60,035 nucleotides of DNA from positions 1-60,035 of the forward strand of contig JBEGTF010000004.1 of assembly GCA_041179545.1 (NCBI GenBank), in the 5' to 3' direction. The position numbers and the translations under genes were made by a program. Positions 29,107 through 42,785 of this stretch are shown here, in pieces. The notes beneath the pieces were generated by a model. It was not told the origin of the DNA. It did not search any database and was given only the letters and a program-made list of their open reading frames with translations. Source of the stretch: Actinomycetota bacterium (GTDB lineage: Bacteria; Actinomycetota; Actinomycetes; Actinomycetales; Microbacteriaceae). Every line of letters begins with the position of its first letter. The stretch's first letter is position 1.

Positions 29107-30279
29107 ATGGCCATTTATCTAGACCACGCCGCTACCACGCCCATGAGGCCTGAACTAGTAGATGGCTATTTGGCTCAATTGCAGGTTGTTGGCAACCCCT
29201 CGTCGGTGCACGGATCAGGGCAAAAGGCACGCCGGGCCCTTGAAGATGCCCGAGACAAGCTGGCCTTAGCGCTTGACTGCCATCGCAGTGAGGTTCTCTT
29301 TACCTCTGGCGGCACCGAAAGTAACAACTTGGCGATCAAGGGTATTTATTTGCAGCGAGCGACTGAGGATCCCAAGCGCACCATCATCATCACGGCAGGC
29401 ACCGAGCATCATGCAGGTATTGACCCGGTTGAGTGGTTAGAAGCAGTCGAAGGAGCCGAAGCAGTGTGGGCGCCGGTTGATGAATTCGGCGTTGTAGACC
29501 TGAAATGGCTCCAGGTGTTTATCGCCGAAAACGCAGACAAAATAGCTCTAATTTCGTTTATGTGGGTAAATAACGAAACTGGCCTAATCACACCGATAGC
29601 CGAAGTCACCGCTATGGCGGCACAGCATGGGATTCCAGTGCACTCTGATGGGGTGGCCGCGCTTGGACATGTGCCGATCAGTTTCAAAAACAGCGGACTA
29701 GCAACAATGGCCGTTTCAGGACACAAACTCGGCGCACCAGTAGGCGTGGGAGCGTTAATTGTGGCTCGTGATGCAAAATTGGCCGTCACAAGTCACGGCG
29801 GTGGGCAAGAGCGCGGGATTCGATCAGGCACACTAAGTTCTCCGCTCGCCTTCGCGTTCGGTGAAGCGGCTGCGCTCGCCGAAGCAGAACGAGTTGAGCT
29901 GCACAGCCGGCTAGAAGGCTTCAGACAGCAAATAGTTGCATCCGTAATGGAATGTGCACCAAATGCCATTTTCACAAGAGGGGATAAGCCGGGTTTCAGC
30001 GGGATCATTCACTTCACTTTCCCGGGTTGTAGCGGCGATTCTTTGTTGTTCCTGCTGGACACCGCGGGTGTATCTGTTTCTACCGGGTCAGCCTGCCGCG
30101 CTGGAGTCGCACAGGCATCGCACGTGATCATGGCCATGGGTCGTACTGAAGATGAGGCCAGGGGGAGTCTAAGAATCTCACTCGGCTACACGACCACCCA
30201 GGCAGATGTAGATGGTTTCCTTGAGGCTTTTCCTAGGGCATATGAGGGCGCACTCAAGGCTGGATTGCCATCTAAATAA
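29107..30279 (+). CDS. Cysteine desulfurase (IscS/NifS family)
   Basis: YLDHAATTP, FTSGGTESNN, SGHKLG and STGSAC; directly upstream of mnmA. Confidence 0.95.
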   Translation: MAIYLDHAATTPMRPELVDGYLAQLQVVGNPSSVHGSGQKARRALEDARDKLALALDCHRSEVLFTSGGTESNNLAIKGIYLQRATEDPKRTIIITAGTEHHAGIDPVEWLEAVEGAEAVWAPVDEFGVVDLKWLQVFIAENADKIALISFMWVNNETGLITPIAEVTAMAAQHGIPVHSDGVAALGHVPISFKNSGLATMAVSGHKLGAPVGVGALIVARDAKLAVTSHGGGQERGIRSGTLSSPLAFAFGEAAALAEAERVELHSRLEGFRQQIVASVMECAPNAIFTRGDKPGFSGIIHFTFPGCSGDSLLFLLDTAGVSVSTGSACRAGVAQASHVIMAMGRTEDEARGSLRISLGYTTTQADVDGFLEAFPRAYEGALKAGLPSK

Positions 30280-30306
30280 GTCCTGCCCAAAAGTTAGACT
30301 GGACTC

Positions 30307-33539
<3,233 letters not shown>

Positions 33540-33551
33540 CTATTTAAATGA

Positions 33552-33585
33552 AAAATCCTCGAGAAGTTACCTTCTCGAGGATTTT
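33552..33585. terminator. Bidirectional terminator between convergent ligA and the coiled-coil gene
   Basis: Perfect 15-bp stem AAAATCCTCGAGAAG-TTAC-CTTCTCGAGGATTTT. Confidence 0.88.
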
Positions 33586-33594
33586 CTAAACTTT

Positions 33595-34656
33595 TTAGTG
33601 CTCTTCGAGCTGCTCAACAGCAGAGTTTTCATCTGCTGCAACCATTGACTCAGTTGTCATTAAGTTTCGAAGGGTTCCCAAGAATTCTTCGATGTCAGTG
33701 CGTTCAGCCTTCATGCGGTTTAAGCGCTCTTCGCTGTCTTTAATTGCATTGTTTGCGTAGCCCTCTGCCTTTCGGCTTAGCATGTCTGCACGGCGACGTG
33801 ACTGGTTGATCAAGTTAGTAGCGGTGCGGTTAGCATCTTCGAGCTGTTGACTTGAGTTCTCTTGTGCGTCACGCATGATTGCATCCGCTTCAGAAATTAG
33901 TTGTGCAGCACGAGCAGATGCTTCGGCAAGTGTCGCATTAGCTTCGTCAGTAACCTGCTGTGCCTGAGATACGGCGTTTTGGTAAAGTCGCAAAGCCTCT
34001 TGTTCAGTTTCATCGCGCTTTGCCTTGATCTCGGCTTCAAGCTCAACACGTGCCTGGGCAGTTTTCTGTGAAAGTTCAGTTGCTAGAGCGCGAGCCTCTT
34101 CGGTTTCGCGGTGCACTTGTGCACGAAGCTCTGCGGCGTATCGCTCGCCCTCAGATTTGATGGCTGACGCTTCACGCTGTGCGGTTCCAATTTTTTCGGC
34201 AGCTTCAGATTCGCGTGTCTTAGCACTGCTTAGAATTTCTGCAGCCAGGCGTTCTGCGTCGATGCGTGCCTCGTTTAGCTTTGCCTCGGCGTCAGCAATT
34301 ACGCGATCCGCCTTAGCCTGAGCTTTGCGAGTAAGTTGTTCGCTCTCTGCCTTTGCGGTTTCGCGAATTCGAATCGCGTCCTGGCCAGCATCGGATACAA
34401 GTTTTTTTGCCTGCTCTTCAGCAAGACGCAGAGTCTGCTCAAACTGGGCGCCTAGTTCAGCATATCCAGGAGCTCCACCCTTTTTTACCTGGCTCTTTAG
34501 TGATTCAAGTTCTGACTTGAGTGCCTCAACTTCGCTAGATGCGCTGAAGTTGTACTCGCGAACGTGCTCAAGCTCGGCACGAAGTTCGGTCAGGACGCGG
34601 TCAACCTCGTCCTTTTCGTAGCCACGGAAAGCAATCGTGAACTGTTCGTTTTCCAA
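33595..34656 (-). CDS. DivIVA-motif coiled-coil protein (Scy/FilP-like), second copy
   Basis: N-terminal FTIAFRGYEKDEVD, then GYAELGAQFEQTLRLAEEQA and a long coiled coil. Confidence 0.82.
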   Translation of the reverse strand: MENEQFTIAFRGYEKDEVDRVLTELRAELEHVREYNFSASSEVEALKSELESLKSQVKKGGAPGYAELGAQFEQTLRLAEEQAKKLVSDAGQDAIRIRETAKAESEQLTRKAQAKADRVIADAEAKLNEARIDAERLAAEILSSAKTRESEAAEKIGTAQREASAIKSEGERYAAELRAQVHRETEEARALATELSQKTAQARVELEAEIKAKRDETEQEALRLYQNAVSQAQQVTDEANATLAEASARAAQLISEADAIMRDAQENSSQQLEDANRTATNLINQSRRRADMLSRKAEGYANNAIKDSEERLNRMKAERTDIEEFLGTLRNLMTTESMVAADENSAVEQLEEH

Positions 34657-34853
34657 AATAATGAGCCTTCACTGATAAGGGGTCAGCACTTAGCAACTAT
34701 GGGGTAGCCACTACGTTTGCTTGTCTGAGTTTACAGGCATTTTGGGCCTATTTGCCTGAAAATCCTAGGCGCTAGCGCGTTTGTTCGGGGAACTCCACAT
34801 TTGGCCGTTTGGTAGGCTAAAGGTAAATCATCAATTGCCCAGCGAGTGGATCT

Positions 34854-35150
34854 ATGTCTGAAATTACCCCCGACCTGGTTAGGCATCTTGCCAACCTGGC
34901 CCGAATCGACGTCACCGACCAGGAAGTAGACCTATTTGCGGGTCAATTGGGGCTAATAGTGGAGTCAATGGCCACTATCAAGGCGGCCGTCTCTGGAGAT
35001 GTGCCGGCAACCAGCCATCCAATTCCAATGGCAAATGTCTATCGAGAAGACGTGGTTGAGCCTTCGCTCAGCCAGGCTGAGGCGCTTTCTGCCGCGCCAG
35101 ATAGCGCTGATGGTCGTTTCCGCGTTCACGCAATTTTGGACGAGGAGTAG
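34854..35150 (+). CDS. gatC: Asp/Glu-tRNA amidotransferase subunit C
   Basis: VRHLANLARI and NVYRED; first gene of gatCAB. Confidence 0.96.
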   Translation: MSEITPDLVRHLANLARIDVTDQEVDLFAGQLGLIVESMATIKAAVSGDVPATSHPIPMANVYREDVVEPSLSQAEALSAAPDSADGRFRVHAILDEE

Positions 35151-35156
35151 GCCCAA

Positions 35157-36659
35157 ATGTCAGAACTAATTCGTAAAAATGCTTCAGAGCTTGCGGAGCT
35201 TCTGAAAAAGGGCGAGATTTCATCGGTGGAATTGACCCAGGCTCATCTTGACCGCACGTCTCAGGTGGATGGGGCCGTACACAGCTACCTCCACGTTGGC
35301 CCTGATGCAGCTTTGGCTGCAGCGGCAGACATCGATCGCCGTCGTGCTGCGGGTGAAAAACTTCATGATCTAGCGGGTTTGCCGATTGCCGTGAAGGACA
35401 ATCTGACAACAACCGATGCACCCACTACGTCGGGTTCCAAAATTCTTGAGGGCTGGATTCCTCAATACGACGCAACCGTGGTCAAGAAATTGCGCGCCGC
35501 AGGCATGCCGATTCTTGGTAAAACCAACATGGATGAGTTCGCGATGGGTTCATCGACTGAATTCTCTGCCTTTGGCCCAAGTAAAAACCCTTGGGATCTC
35601 GGCCGAATTCCAGGTGGTTCCGGTGGCGGTTCGAGTTCTGTAGTTGCTTCATTCCAAGCCCCGCTTGCCATCGGTTCTGACACCGGTGGTTCCATTCGGT
35701 ATCCGGCTTTTGTGACCGGGACAGTTGGCACTAAGCCAACCTATGGTGCGGTGTCGCGATACGGTTTGGTGGCTTTGGCCAGTTCACTTGATCAGATCGG
35801 TCCGGTTTCTCGAAATGTTTTGGATGCTGCACTGCTTCAGGACGTAATCGCAGGGCACGATCCGCATGACAGCACCTCGCTTCCGGAATCGCTTGGTTCA
35901 ATGACCGAGGCAGCCAAGAAATTGGATGTCAAGGGATTGCGCATCGGTGTGATCAAGCAACTAACCGGCGAAGGTTTCCAACCAGAAGTTTCAGCGAGAT
36001 TCAACGAAAGTCTGGAGCTTCTAAAAAATGCCGGAGCACAAATCGTCGAAGTTTCATGCCCAAGTTTTGAGTATGCAATTGCGGCTTACTACCTGATTTT
36101 GCCTGCGGAAGCTTCTTCTAACTTGGCAAAATTTGACTCAGTGCGTTTTGGCTTGCGAGTGACACCTGAAGGTGCGCCAACAATCGAGCGAGTTATGTCA
36201 GCTACACGTGAGGCCGGTTTTGGTCCTGAGGTTAAGCGCAGAATCATTCTTGGAACCTATGCGCTGTCGAGCGGCTACTACGACGCTTATTACGGTTCAG
36301 CCCAGAAGGTTCGTACTTTGATTCAGCGCGATTTTGATGCAGCGTTTGGAAAGGCCGACGTTCTAGTGTCGCCAACAGCTCCGGCTACCGCTTTTAAGTT
36401 TGGTGAGAAACTTGAAGACCCACTAGCTATGTATCTGAACGACATTGCTACTATTCCGGCAAATCTGGCTGGCATTCCAGGCATGGCGATCCCGAATGGA
36501 ATCGCAGAGAACAACATGCCTTCAGGCATCCAATTGCTGGCTCCAGCACGAGGCGATGCGCGACTTTATCAGGTTGGCGCTGCCCTTGAAAAAATGCATG
36601 AAGAAGTCTGGGGTAAGCGAATGATTGATTTTGCACCTGAGCTGGAGGTGAGCAACTAA
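35157..36659 (+). CDS. gatA: Asp/Glu-tRNA amidotransferase subunit A
   Basis: [22 protein letters not shown] and [14 protein letters not shown] motifs. Confidence 0.98.
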   Translation: MSELIRKNASELAELLKKGEISSVELTQAHLDRTSQVDGAVHSYLHVGPDAALAAAADIDRRRAAGEKLHDLAGLPIAVKDNLTTTDAPTTSGSKILEGWIPQYDATVVKKLRAAGMPILGKTNMDEFAMGSSTEFSAFGPSKNPWDLGRIPGGSGGGSSSVVASFQAPLAIGSDTGGSIRYPAFVTGTVGTKPTYGAVSRYGLVALASSLDQIGPVSRNVLDAALLQDVIAGHDPHDSTSLPESLGSMTEAAKKLDVKGLRIGVIKQLTGEGFQPEVSARFNESLELLKNAGAQIVEVSCPSFEYAIAAYYLILPAEASSNLAKFDSVRFGLRVTPEGAPTIERVMSATREAGFGPEVKRRIILGTYALSSGYYDAYYGSAQKVRTLIQRDFDAAFGKADVLVSPTAPATAFKFGEKLEDPLAMYLNDIATIPANLAGIPGMAIPNGIAENNMPSGIQLLAPARGDARLYQVGAALEKMHEEVWGKRMIDFAPELEVSN

Positions 36660-38161
36660 TGGCTAAAGATGAATTGATGAACTACGAAAAGGCACTTGAG
36701 CAGTTCGAGGTAGTAATCGGTCTTGAGGTTCACGTTGAACTCAACACCAACACCAAAATGTTCTGCGGTTGTCGAAACGAGTTTGGTGATGAGCCGAACA
36801 CGAACGTTTGCCCAATTTGCATAGGCTTGCCAGGCTCGCTGCCGGCTGTAAACAAGAGGGCTGTTGAGTCAAGCATCAAGATTGGTTTGGCGCTTGGTTG
36901 TGAAATCGCCCCAACCGGACGCTTTGCACGAAAGAACTATTTCTACCCAGACTTGGCCAAGAACTTCCAAACGTCGCAGTACGACGAACCAATAGCCTTC
37001 GAAGGTTCATTAGATGTAGAAGTGCCATCGGGTAAATCTTTTACCGTTCAAATTGAACGAGCACATATGGAAGAGGATGCTGGAAAGCTGACTCACGTAG
37101 GTGGTTCAACCGGCCGCATCCAGGGCGCTGAGTACTCGTTGGTTGACTACAACCGCGCTGGTGTGCCGCTGGTAGAAATTGTGACCAAGCCCGTTTACGG
37201 TGCCGGGGCAGAAGCGCCGGAATTGGCGGCCGCCTATGTTCGATCGATTCGAGAAATCGTTAAAGGTTTAGGCGTTTCAGACGCAAAGATGGAGCGCGGA
37301 AATGTGCGATGTGACGCTAACGTTTCGCTTCGTCCGCACGGCCAAGAAAAACTTGGTACTCGAACAGAAACCAAGAACGTAAACTCGCTTCGTTCAATTG
37401 AGCGAGCCGTGCGTTATGAAATTCAACGCCAGGCAGCATTGCTAGCAAAGGGCACCGCGATCATCCAAGAAACTAGACACTGGCATGAAGATAAGGGCGC
37501 AACCTCATCGGGTCGTCCAAAGTCCGATGCCGATGACTACCGATACTTCCCAGAGCCAGATTTAGTTCCAGTTCAGCCTTCAAAGGATTGGATTGAAGAA
37601 CTTCGCGCTGGACTTCCAGAGAAACCGTCCGAGCGACGTAAACGAGTCCAGGCAGAGTGGGGCTTTGCTGACCTAGAATTCCGCGACGTAGTAAACGCGG
37701 GTCTCATGGATCAAATTGAAGAAACCGTTTCTGCCGGTGCAAAGCCACAGGCGGCGCGTAAGTGGTGGACCGGTGAACTCGCTCGTATTGCAAACAGCCA
37801 AGATAAAGACGTAATCGATCTTGAAATTTCGGGAGCCTATGTTGCAGAACTTGCAGGTCTTGTAGACGCCGGAAAGATTAACGACCGCTTGGCTCGAGAA
37901 GTTCTGACCTATGTGCTTGATGGCGAAGGTAGCCCTAGTGAAGTTGTCGCAAAGCGTGGGCTCGAAGTTGTCTCTGATGACGGTGCACTGATTGCGGCAA
38001 TTGAAGCTGCATTGGCAAAGCAACCAGATGTGCTTGATGCGATCCGTGAGGGTCGCATGCAGGCAGCGGGAGCTGTCATTGGTGCAGTTATGCAGGCCAT
38101 GAAGGGCTCAGCTGATGCTGGCCGTGTGCGCGAACTTCTAATCGAAATGGCAAATAAGTAA
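36659..38161 (+). CDS. gatB: Asp/Glu-tRNA amidotransferase subunit B
   Basis: [25 protein letters not shown] and [10 protein letters not shown] motifs. Confidence 0.98.
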   Translation: MAKDELMNYEKALEQFEVVIGLEVHVELNTNTKMFCGCRNEFGDEPNTNVCPICIGLPGSLPAVNKRAVESSIKIGLALGCEIAPTGRFARKNYFYPDLAKNFQTSQYDEPIAFEGSLDVEVPSGKSFTVQIERAHMEEDAGKLTHVGGSTGRIQGAEYSLVDYNRAGVPLVEIVTKPVYGAGAEAPELAAAYVRSIREIVKGLGVSDAKMERGNVRCDANVSLRPHGQEKLGTRTETKNVNSLRSIERAVRYEIQRQAALLAKGTAIIQETRHWHEDKGATSSGRPKSDADDYRYFPEPDLVPVQPSKDWIEELRAGLPEKPSERRKRVQAEWGFADLEFRDVVNAGLMDQIEETVSAGAKPQAARKWWTGELARIANSQDKDVIDLEISGAYVAELAGLVDAGKINDRLAREVLTYVLDGEGSPSEVVAKRGLEVVSDDGALIAAIEAALAKQPDVLDAIREGRMQAAGAVIGAVMQAMKGSADAGRVRELLIEMANK

Positions 38162-38184
38162 GTAGAAAATTTCTAACCAAATAG

Positions 38185-38212
38185 AAAACCCAGACTTCGG
38201 TCTGGGTTTTTT
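38185..38212 (+). terminator. Intrinsic terminator after gatB
   Basis: AAAACCCAGAC-TTCG-GTCTGGGTTTTTT. Confidence 0.9.
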
Positions 38213-38240
38213 AATAAAAAGGGTTTCGCCCCAATGCACA

Positions 38241-38269
38241 AAACTCCCGGAATTTATTTCCGGGAGTTT
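38241..38269 (-). terminator. Hairpin/terminator downstream of tRNA-His
   Basis: AAACTCCCGGAA-TTTAT-TTCCGGGAGTTT. Confidence 0.75.
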
Positions 38270-38280
38270 GATAGGTGCAT

Positions 38281-38357
38281 TGGGGTGAGTAACGGGGCTT
38301 GAACCCGCGACCCCCTGGACCACAACCAGGTGCTCTACCAGCTGAGCTATACCCACC
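38281..38357 (-). tRNA. tRNA-His (GTG)
   Basis: The reverse complement GGTGGGTATAGCTCAGCTGGTAGAGCACCTGGTTGTGGTCCAGGGGGTCGCGGGTTCAAGCCCCGTTACTCACCCCA folds as a cloverleaf with G-1 and encoded CCA. Confidence 0.97.
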
Positions 38358-38406
38358 AAGTGTTGTGCGCTAGGCGCAACAACCGAATAAGTCTATCAGT
38401 TCAGGG

Positions 38407-39015
38407 CTAAAGATTTGCCGAGACATTTTCTGAGGCAGCACGGGCCTCTTCTGTTGTTGGCCCTGGCGCTGGAACCATTACGGTTTCACGGTAGTAGCGA
38501 AGTTCCTTAATCGATTCGAGAATGTCTGCCAGCGCGCGGTGGCCGCCGTCTTTCTTGGGCATTTGGAAATAGACCCTTGGGTACCACCGGCGGGTTAGTT
38601 CTTTGATTGAACTGACATCGATGTTGCGATAATGAAGGTGTTGATCTAGGGCAGGCATGTATTTATTTAGAAACATGCGGTCAGTTCCGATGGTGTTTCC
38701 GGCTAGCGGAGCCTCTTTGGCGTTGGGAACAAACTTCTTTATGTAGTCAAGGATGACTTGTTCGGCAGCTTCGAGCTCTAATCCGTTTTCAACTTCATTA
38801 ATCAGACCTGACTCAGTGTGCATGTTGCGAACGAAATCATTCATGTTTTGCCACGAGTCTGGGCGAGGTTTGATGACTACATCTAGACCGGCATCAAGGA
38901 TTTCTAGTTCAGAGTTGGTAATGACTACGGCAACTTCCACCAAGCAGTCAGCTTCCGGGTTGAGGCCCGTCATCTCGCAGTCGATCCAGACTAAATTTTC
39001 TGAAATTTCAATCAC
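38407..39015 (-). CDS. orn: Oligoribonuclease (start uncertain: 39015 or 39051)
   Basis: LVWIDCEMTGL, MHTESGL, LHYRNIDVSSIKEL and HRALADILESI motifs. Confidence 0.97.
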   Translation of the reverse strand: MIEISENLVWIDCEMTGLNPEADCLVEVAVVITNSELEILDAGLDVVIKPRPDSWQNMNDFVRNMHTESGLINEVENGLELEAAEQVILDYIKKFVPNAKEAPLAGNTIGTDRMFLNKYMPALDQHLHYRNIDVSSIKELTRRWYPRVYFQMPKKDGGHRALADILESIKELRYYRETVMVPAPGPTTEEARAASENVSANL

Positions 39016-39020
39016 AATCC

Positions 39021-39060
39021 AAAAATAGGGGAGGCCCGTGACAAAAGCCACGGACCTCCC
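39021..39060 (-). terminator. Intrinsic terminator after the RND gene
   Basis: Minus strand GGGAGGTCCGTGGC-TTTT-GTCACGGGCCTCCC followed by CTATTTTT. Confidence 0.7.
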
Positions 39061-39077
39061 AATTCTAGACTGGCGAA

Positions 39078-42000
39078 TTAGGCGAGAGTTGCCTTTCGGC
39101 GAGCATGAGCCTTATTCTCTTTCTTCTCTTTGCGAATGGCCTTGCGCTCCTTACGTCCTTCAACCAACCAATAAAGAACTGGCACGATAACCAGGGTCAA
39201 AATAGTTGAAGAGAACAGACCACCGATAACAACTACGGCCAATGGTTGAGAAATGAATCCGCCACCACCGGTGATGCCGAGCGCCATCGGGGTAAGAGCA
39301 AAGATTGTTGCCAAGGCGGTCATCAGAATTGGACGAAGGCGCTGTCTTGCGCCATCCATGATGGCCTGCTGAATTGGTCGTCCTTGCTTGCGGTACTGGT
39401 TGATCAAATCGATCAGCACGATTGCGTTTGTTACAACAACGCCAACCAATAGCAACATACCAATCAGCGATGGAACTCCAAGTGGAGTATCAGTGATCAA
39501 TAGGAGCCCAAGGGCACCGGTTGCAGCAAACGGAATTGAGATCAACAGAATCAACGGCTGAATCAAGCTAGAGAAGGTGGCAACCATCACCACGAAAACG
39601 ATCGCAACAGCCGCAAGCAGTGCTAGGCCCAACTGGCTGAATGAGTCAGCCTGATCAGCACTAATTCCACCTAGCGTTGCAGTTGTTCCTAGCGGAAGGC
39701 TCACGCCCTCGAGTCGCTTAGTCACTTCAGCAGAGATTGCACCTAGATTGTCTCCGCTCGGAGTCAGTGAGACCTTCGCTGTGCGGTCACCCTTTTCACT
39801 TGTTATTGAGACCGGTACTTCTACCTGTTCAATTTTTGCAATTGTTGAAAGCTTCACCATGCCCGAGGCACTTGGAACGTTGATGTTCTTAATGTCTTCA
39901 ACTGTCTCTGGAATGTCTGTTTGAACTACATAGATTGCAGTTTCAACGTTTTCGATATTTACTTTGCCGATGCTGCCTGGGCGAAGCTTTGACGCCACAA
40001 TCCCACCCACAGTAATCTCGGTCAGACCCTTTGCTGCGGCTGCCTTGCGATCAACTGTCACTCGAAGCGTACGTTGGGTCTCAGCTAGCGAGTTGGTGAC
40101 TTCAGAGGTGTCTGGCGTGCCGACCATAGCCGCTTGGATTTTATCGATTGCCTCCAGCAACTTTTCATCGTCAGGAGCCAGAACCTTAATATCGATGGTG
40201 CTTGATGAGCCAAAGCCTGGTCCACCACCTGAGCTAAATTTCACTTCGCCAAGGGACAAATCTTTGGCAAATTTTTCTTCAAGATCAGCTTGAATAGCAA
40301 CCGCATCCGCGTCATCGACTAAAGAAACCTGCAGCGATGTGCCACCTGCAGAGGCACCAAAAGCGACTCGACCGTCTCCGGAGGAACCGATAGAAGTTTG
40401 CACTACCTCAATTTCCTTGTTTGCCAGCAGTAAGCCTTCAAGTTTTGCGGCGGCAGCATCTTTCTGCTCGAAGGTTGCTCCCGCAGGAAGGGTTTGATTA
40501 ATCACAAATCCGTTTGAGCCGGAACTTCCAATGAAGTCGGTCTTTAGGAATGGAACTAGCCCAAACGTGAAAACCAAGATGAGAAGGGAAGAAATCACGG
40601 TGATAACCGGGTGGCGCTGAGTACCGCGCAAGACCGGCAAGTAGCCGCGCTGTAACCAGCTCTTGCGCTCTTTCTCTTCTTCTGTTTTGCGCGCTTGTTC
40701 TGCAAACACCGATGCTTCGAACTCGCTTGCAGAAGCTAGTTGCACAGGGTTCTTCAAGAACCAGTAGGCAAGAACAGGAACGATGGTTAGTGAAACAAAG
40801 AGGGAGGCAACCAACGCGATGGTGAAGGTGAAGGCAAATGGGCGGAAGATTTCACCAATTAGTCCACTCACGAGCGCGATGGGCAAGAACACGGCGACAG
40901 TAGTTATCGTCGCTGCCGTGATGGCACCCGAGACTTCCTTCACGGCGTCGAGAATTGCCTGCTTCTTTGGTTCACCGTATGAAAGGTGGCGATTGATGTT
41001 TTCAATAACCACAATCGAGTCATCAACTACACGACCAATCGCAATTGTCAATGCACTCAAGGTGAGGATGTTTAGGCTATAGCCAAATTGCCCAAGACCG
41101 ATAAAGGTAATCAGCACGGATGTTGGAATCGAGATAGCTGTCACGAGAGTAGAGCGCACGGAAAGCAAGAACACGAGAATGATCAAGATTGCGAAGCCAA
41201 GACCCAGCAAGCCTTCGGTAGTTAGGTTTTCAAGAGATTTCTCAACGAACGGAGCCTGATCAAAAACAGTCACGATGGTAACGTCGCCAAGTTTTTTCTT
41301 TAGCTCAGCGATTTTATCCTGAACGCCGTGTGACACTGCAACCGTGTTTCCGTCTTGAGTCTTCACGATGGAGATTGACAGGGCTTCTTTGCCATTGGTT
41401 CTGGCGATACTCGTCGTTGGTGCGTTTTCCAAAGTAACTGTCGCAACATCGGCCACTGTTAGAGCAGAAGGCTTAGCCACACTCGGAATTGATATTCCAG
41501 ATGGAATCTGTGAGTTTCCAGAAAAACTTGGCATGCCCGAAGGTGCGCTTGAAGTTGCACTACCAATTAGGGCAAGATTCTTGAAATCTTCAAGGGTTGC
41601 CACAGGCGTTCCAACCTCAACAGATATTGAACCCTTTTCATCATCGATTGTTCCAGCAGGAATTACAAAGCCATTTGCTTGAAGGGCACTCACGATTGAT
41701 TGCTGAGTGAGTCCATTTGCTGCCATCACTGCAGTCTTGAACTCTAAGTTGATTCGTTTTTCTTTGACTCCAGCGATGTTCACATCTCGAACACCTTTAA
41801 TCTGAGAAAAGAGCGGGGTAGCAATGTCGCTCAAATCTTGAGCGAGAGCCTCGTTATCGCCGTTGTTGGCAGAGATTCCCAAGGCAATAATTGGAACGGA
41901 ATCAAAACTTCCTGAAAGAACGCTTGGTTCCACATCTTTTGGCAAATCAGTTTTGATCTTTGCAATCGCGGCTGCTAAAAGTTCAGAAACTTTAGCCGTG

Positions 42001-42317
42001 GTAGTGCCGTATTCAAATTCCACGCGCACGATAGAGATATTGCTTTGTGAAGTTGAAGTCGAGTTGGCTAGGCCATCAATCTTTCTAACTTCATCTTCAA
42101 TTACCTTGCTGACCTGGTTGTCGACTACCTCAGGCGATGCACCAGGGTAGGCGGTGACAATCGCAGCTTGTGGCACCTCGAACGATGGAATCAACTCTTG
42201 CTTTAGTGCCCCAAGGGAGATGAATCCAAATATCGCTGTGATTACCGTAATCAGAGCAACAACGGAGCGATTGGCAACACTTAGTTTGGCAAGACGAAAC
42301 ACAAAAACCTCTTTCAT
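39078..42317 (-). CDS. RND efflux permease (AcrB/SwrC-like)
   Basis: YPGASPEVV, GRVVDDSIVVIENI, TNAIVLID and RLRPILMTALAT; 1079 aa. Confidence 0.96.
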   Translation of the reverse strand: MKEVFVFRLAKLSVANRSVVALITVITAIFGFISLGALKQELIPSFEVPQAAIVTAYPGASPEVVDNQVSKVIEDEVRKIDGLANSTSTSQSNISIVRVEFEYGTTTAKVSELLAAAIAKIKTDLPKDVEPSVLSGSFDSVPIIALGISANNGDNEALAQDLSDIATPLFSQIKGVRDVNIAGVKEKRINLEFKTAVMAANGLTQQSIVSALQANGFVIPAGTIDDEKGSISVEVGTPVATLEDFKNLALIGSATSSAPSGMPSFSGNSQIPSGISIPSVAKPSALTVADVATVTLENAPTTSIARTNGKEALSISIVKTQDGNTVAVSHGVQDKIAELKKKLGDVTIVTVFDQAPFVEKSLENLTTEGLLGLGFAILIILVFLLSVRSTLVTAISIPTSVLITFIGLGQFGYSLNILTLSALTIAIGRVVDDSIVVIENINRHLSYGEPKKQAILDAVKEVSGAITAATITTVAVFLPIALVSGLIGEIFRPFAFTFTIALVASLFVSLTIVPVLAYWFLKNPVQLASASEFEASVFAEQARKTEEEKERKSWLQRGYLPVLRGTQRHPVITVISSLLILVFTFGLVPFLKTDFIGSSGSNGFVINQTLPAGATFEQKDAAAAKLEGLLLANKEIEVVQTSIGSSGDGRVAFGASAGGTSLQVSLVDDADAVAIQADLEEKFAKDLSLGEVKFSSGGGPGFGSSSTIDIKVLAPDDEKLLEAIDKIQAAMVGTPDTSEVTNSLAETQRTLRVTVDRKAAAAKGLTEITVGGIVASKLRPGSIGKVNIENVETAIYVVQTDIPETVEDIKNINVPSASGMVKLSTIAKIEQVEVPVSITSEKGDRTAKVSLTPSGDNLGAISAEVTKRLEGVSLPLGTTATLGGISADQADSFSQLGLALLAAVAIVFVVMVATFSSLIQPLILLISIPFAATGALGLLLITDTPLGVPSLIGMLLLVGVVVTNAIVLIDLINQYRKQGRPIQQAIMDGARQRLRPILMTALATIFALTPMALGITGGGGFISQPLAVVVIGGLFSSTILTLVIVPVLYWLVEGRKERKAIRKEKKENKAHARRKATLA

Positions 42318-42404
42318 GTGAATACCTCTAGGCTAACCGCCTCGAAAGGGGACCTATTCCATGGTTCTAAATACCCAGCGCATTCTCAGGGTTAGGCTTG
42401 GAAA

Positions 42405-42755
42405 ATGACTGAAAAACTACCGAATTGCCCGGCCTGCAACAGTGAATACACCTACGAAATGGGCAATCTTTTGGTCTGCCCAGAATGTGCCCACGAATGG
42501 ACTAGTCAAGATGACGAACCTGAAGAGACCGCAGCGGTGGTTAGGGATGCTGTAGGAAACGTCCTGGTAGACGGCGACAGTGTGACGATCATCAAGGACC
42601 TGAAAGTTAAGGGAAGTGCGACTTCGGTAAAGGTGGGCACCAAGGTTCGCAATATTCGTTTGATCAGCCCGGTCGACGGTCACGACATCGATGCCAAAGT
42701 TGACGGCTTTGGCTCCATGTACCTGAAGTCAAGCATTGTTAAGAAAGTGCTGTAA
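42405..42755 (+). CDS. phnA: PhnA/YjdM zinc-ribbon protein
   Basis: [33 protein letters not shown] and HDIDAK motifs. Confidence 0.93.
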   Translation: MTEKLPNCPACNSEYTYEMGNLLVCPECAHEWTSQDDEPEETAAVVRDAVGNVLVDGDSVTIIKDLKVKGSATSVKVGTKVRNIRLISPVDGHDIDAKVDGFGSMYLKSSIVKKVL

Positions 42756-42785
42756 AAAACAGCTTTCTCTCACCGCTAAAGATCT

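Noticed and set aside
34791-34800. AACTCCACAT upstream of gatC as a fourth regulon box
   Set aside because: Poor match, wrong spacing, and a strong TAGGCT -10 lies just downstream.
38138-38359. 73-aa minus-strand ORF
   Set aside because: It overlaps tRNA-His and two terminators; spurious.
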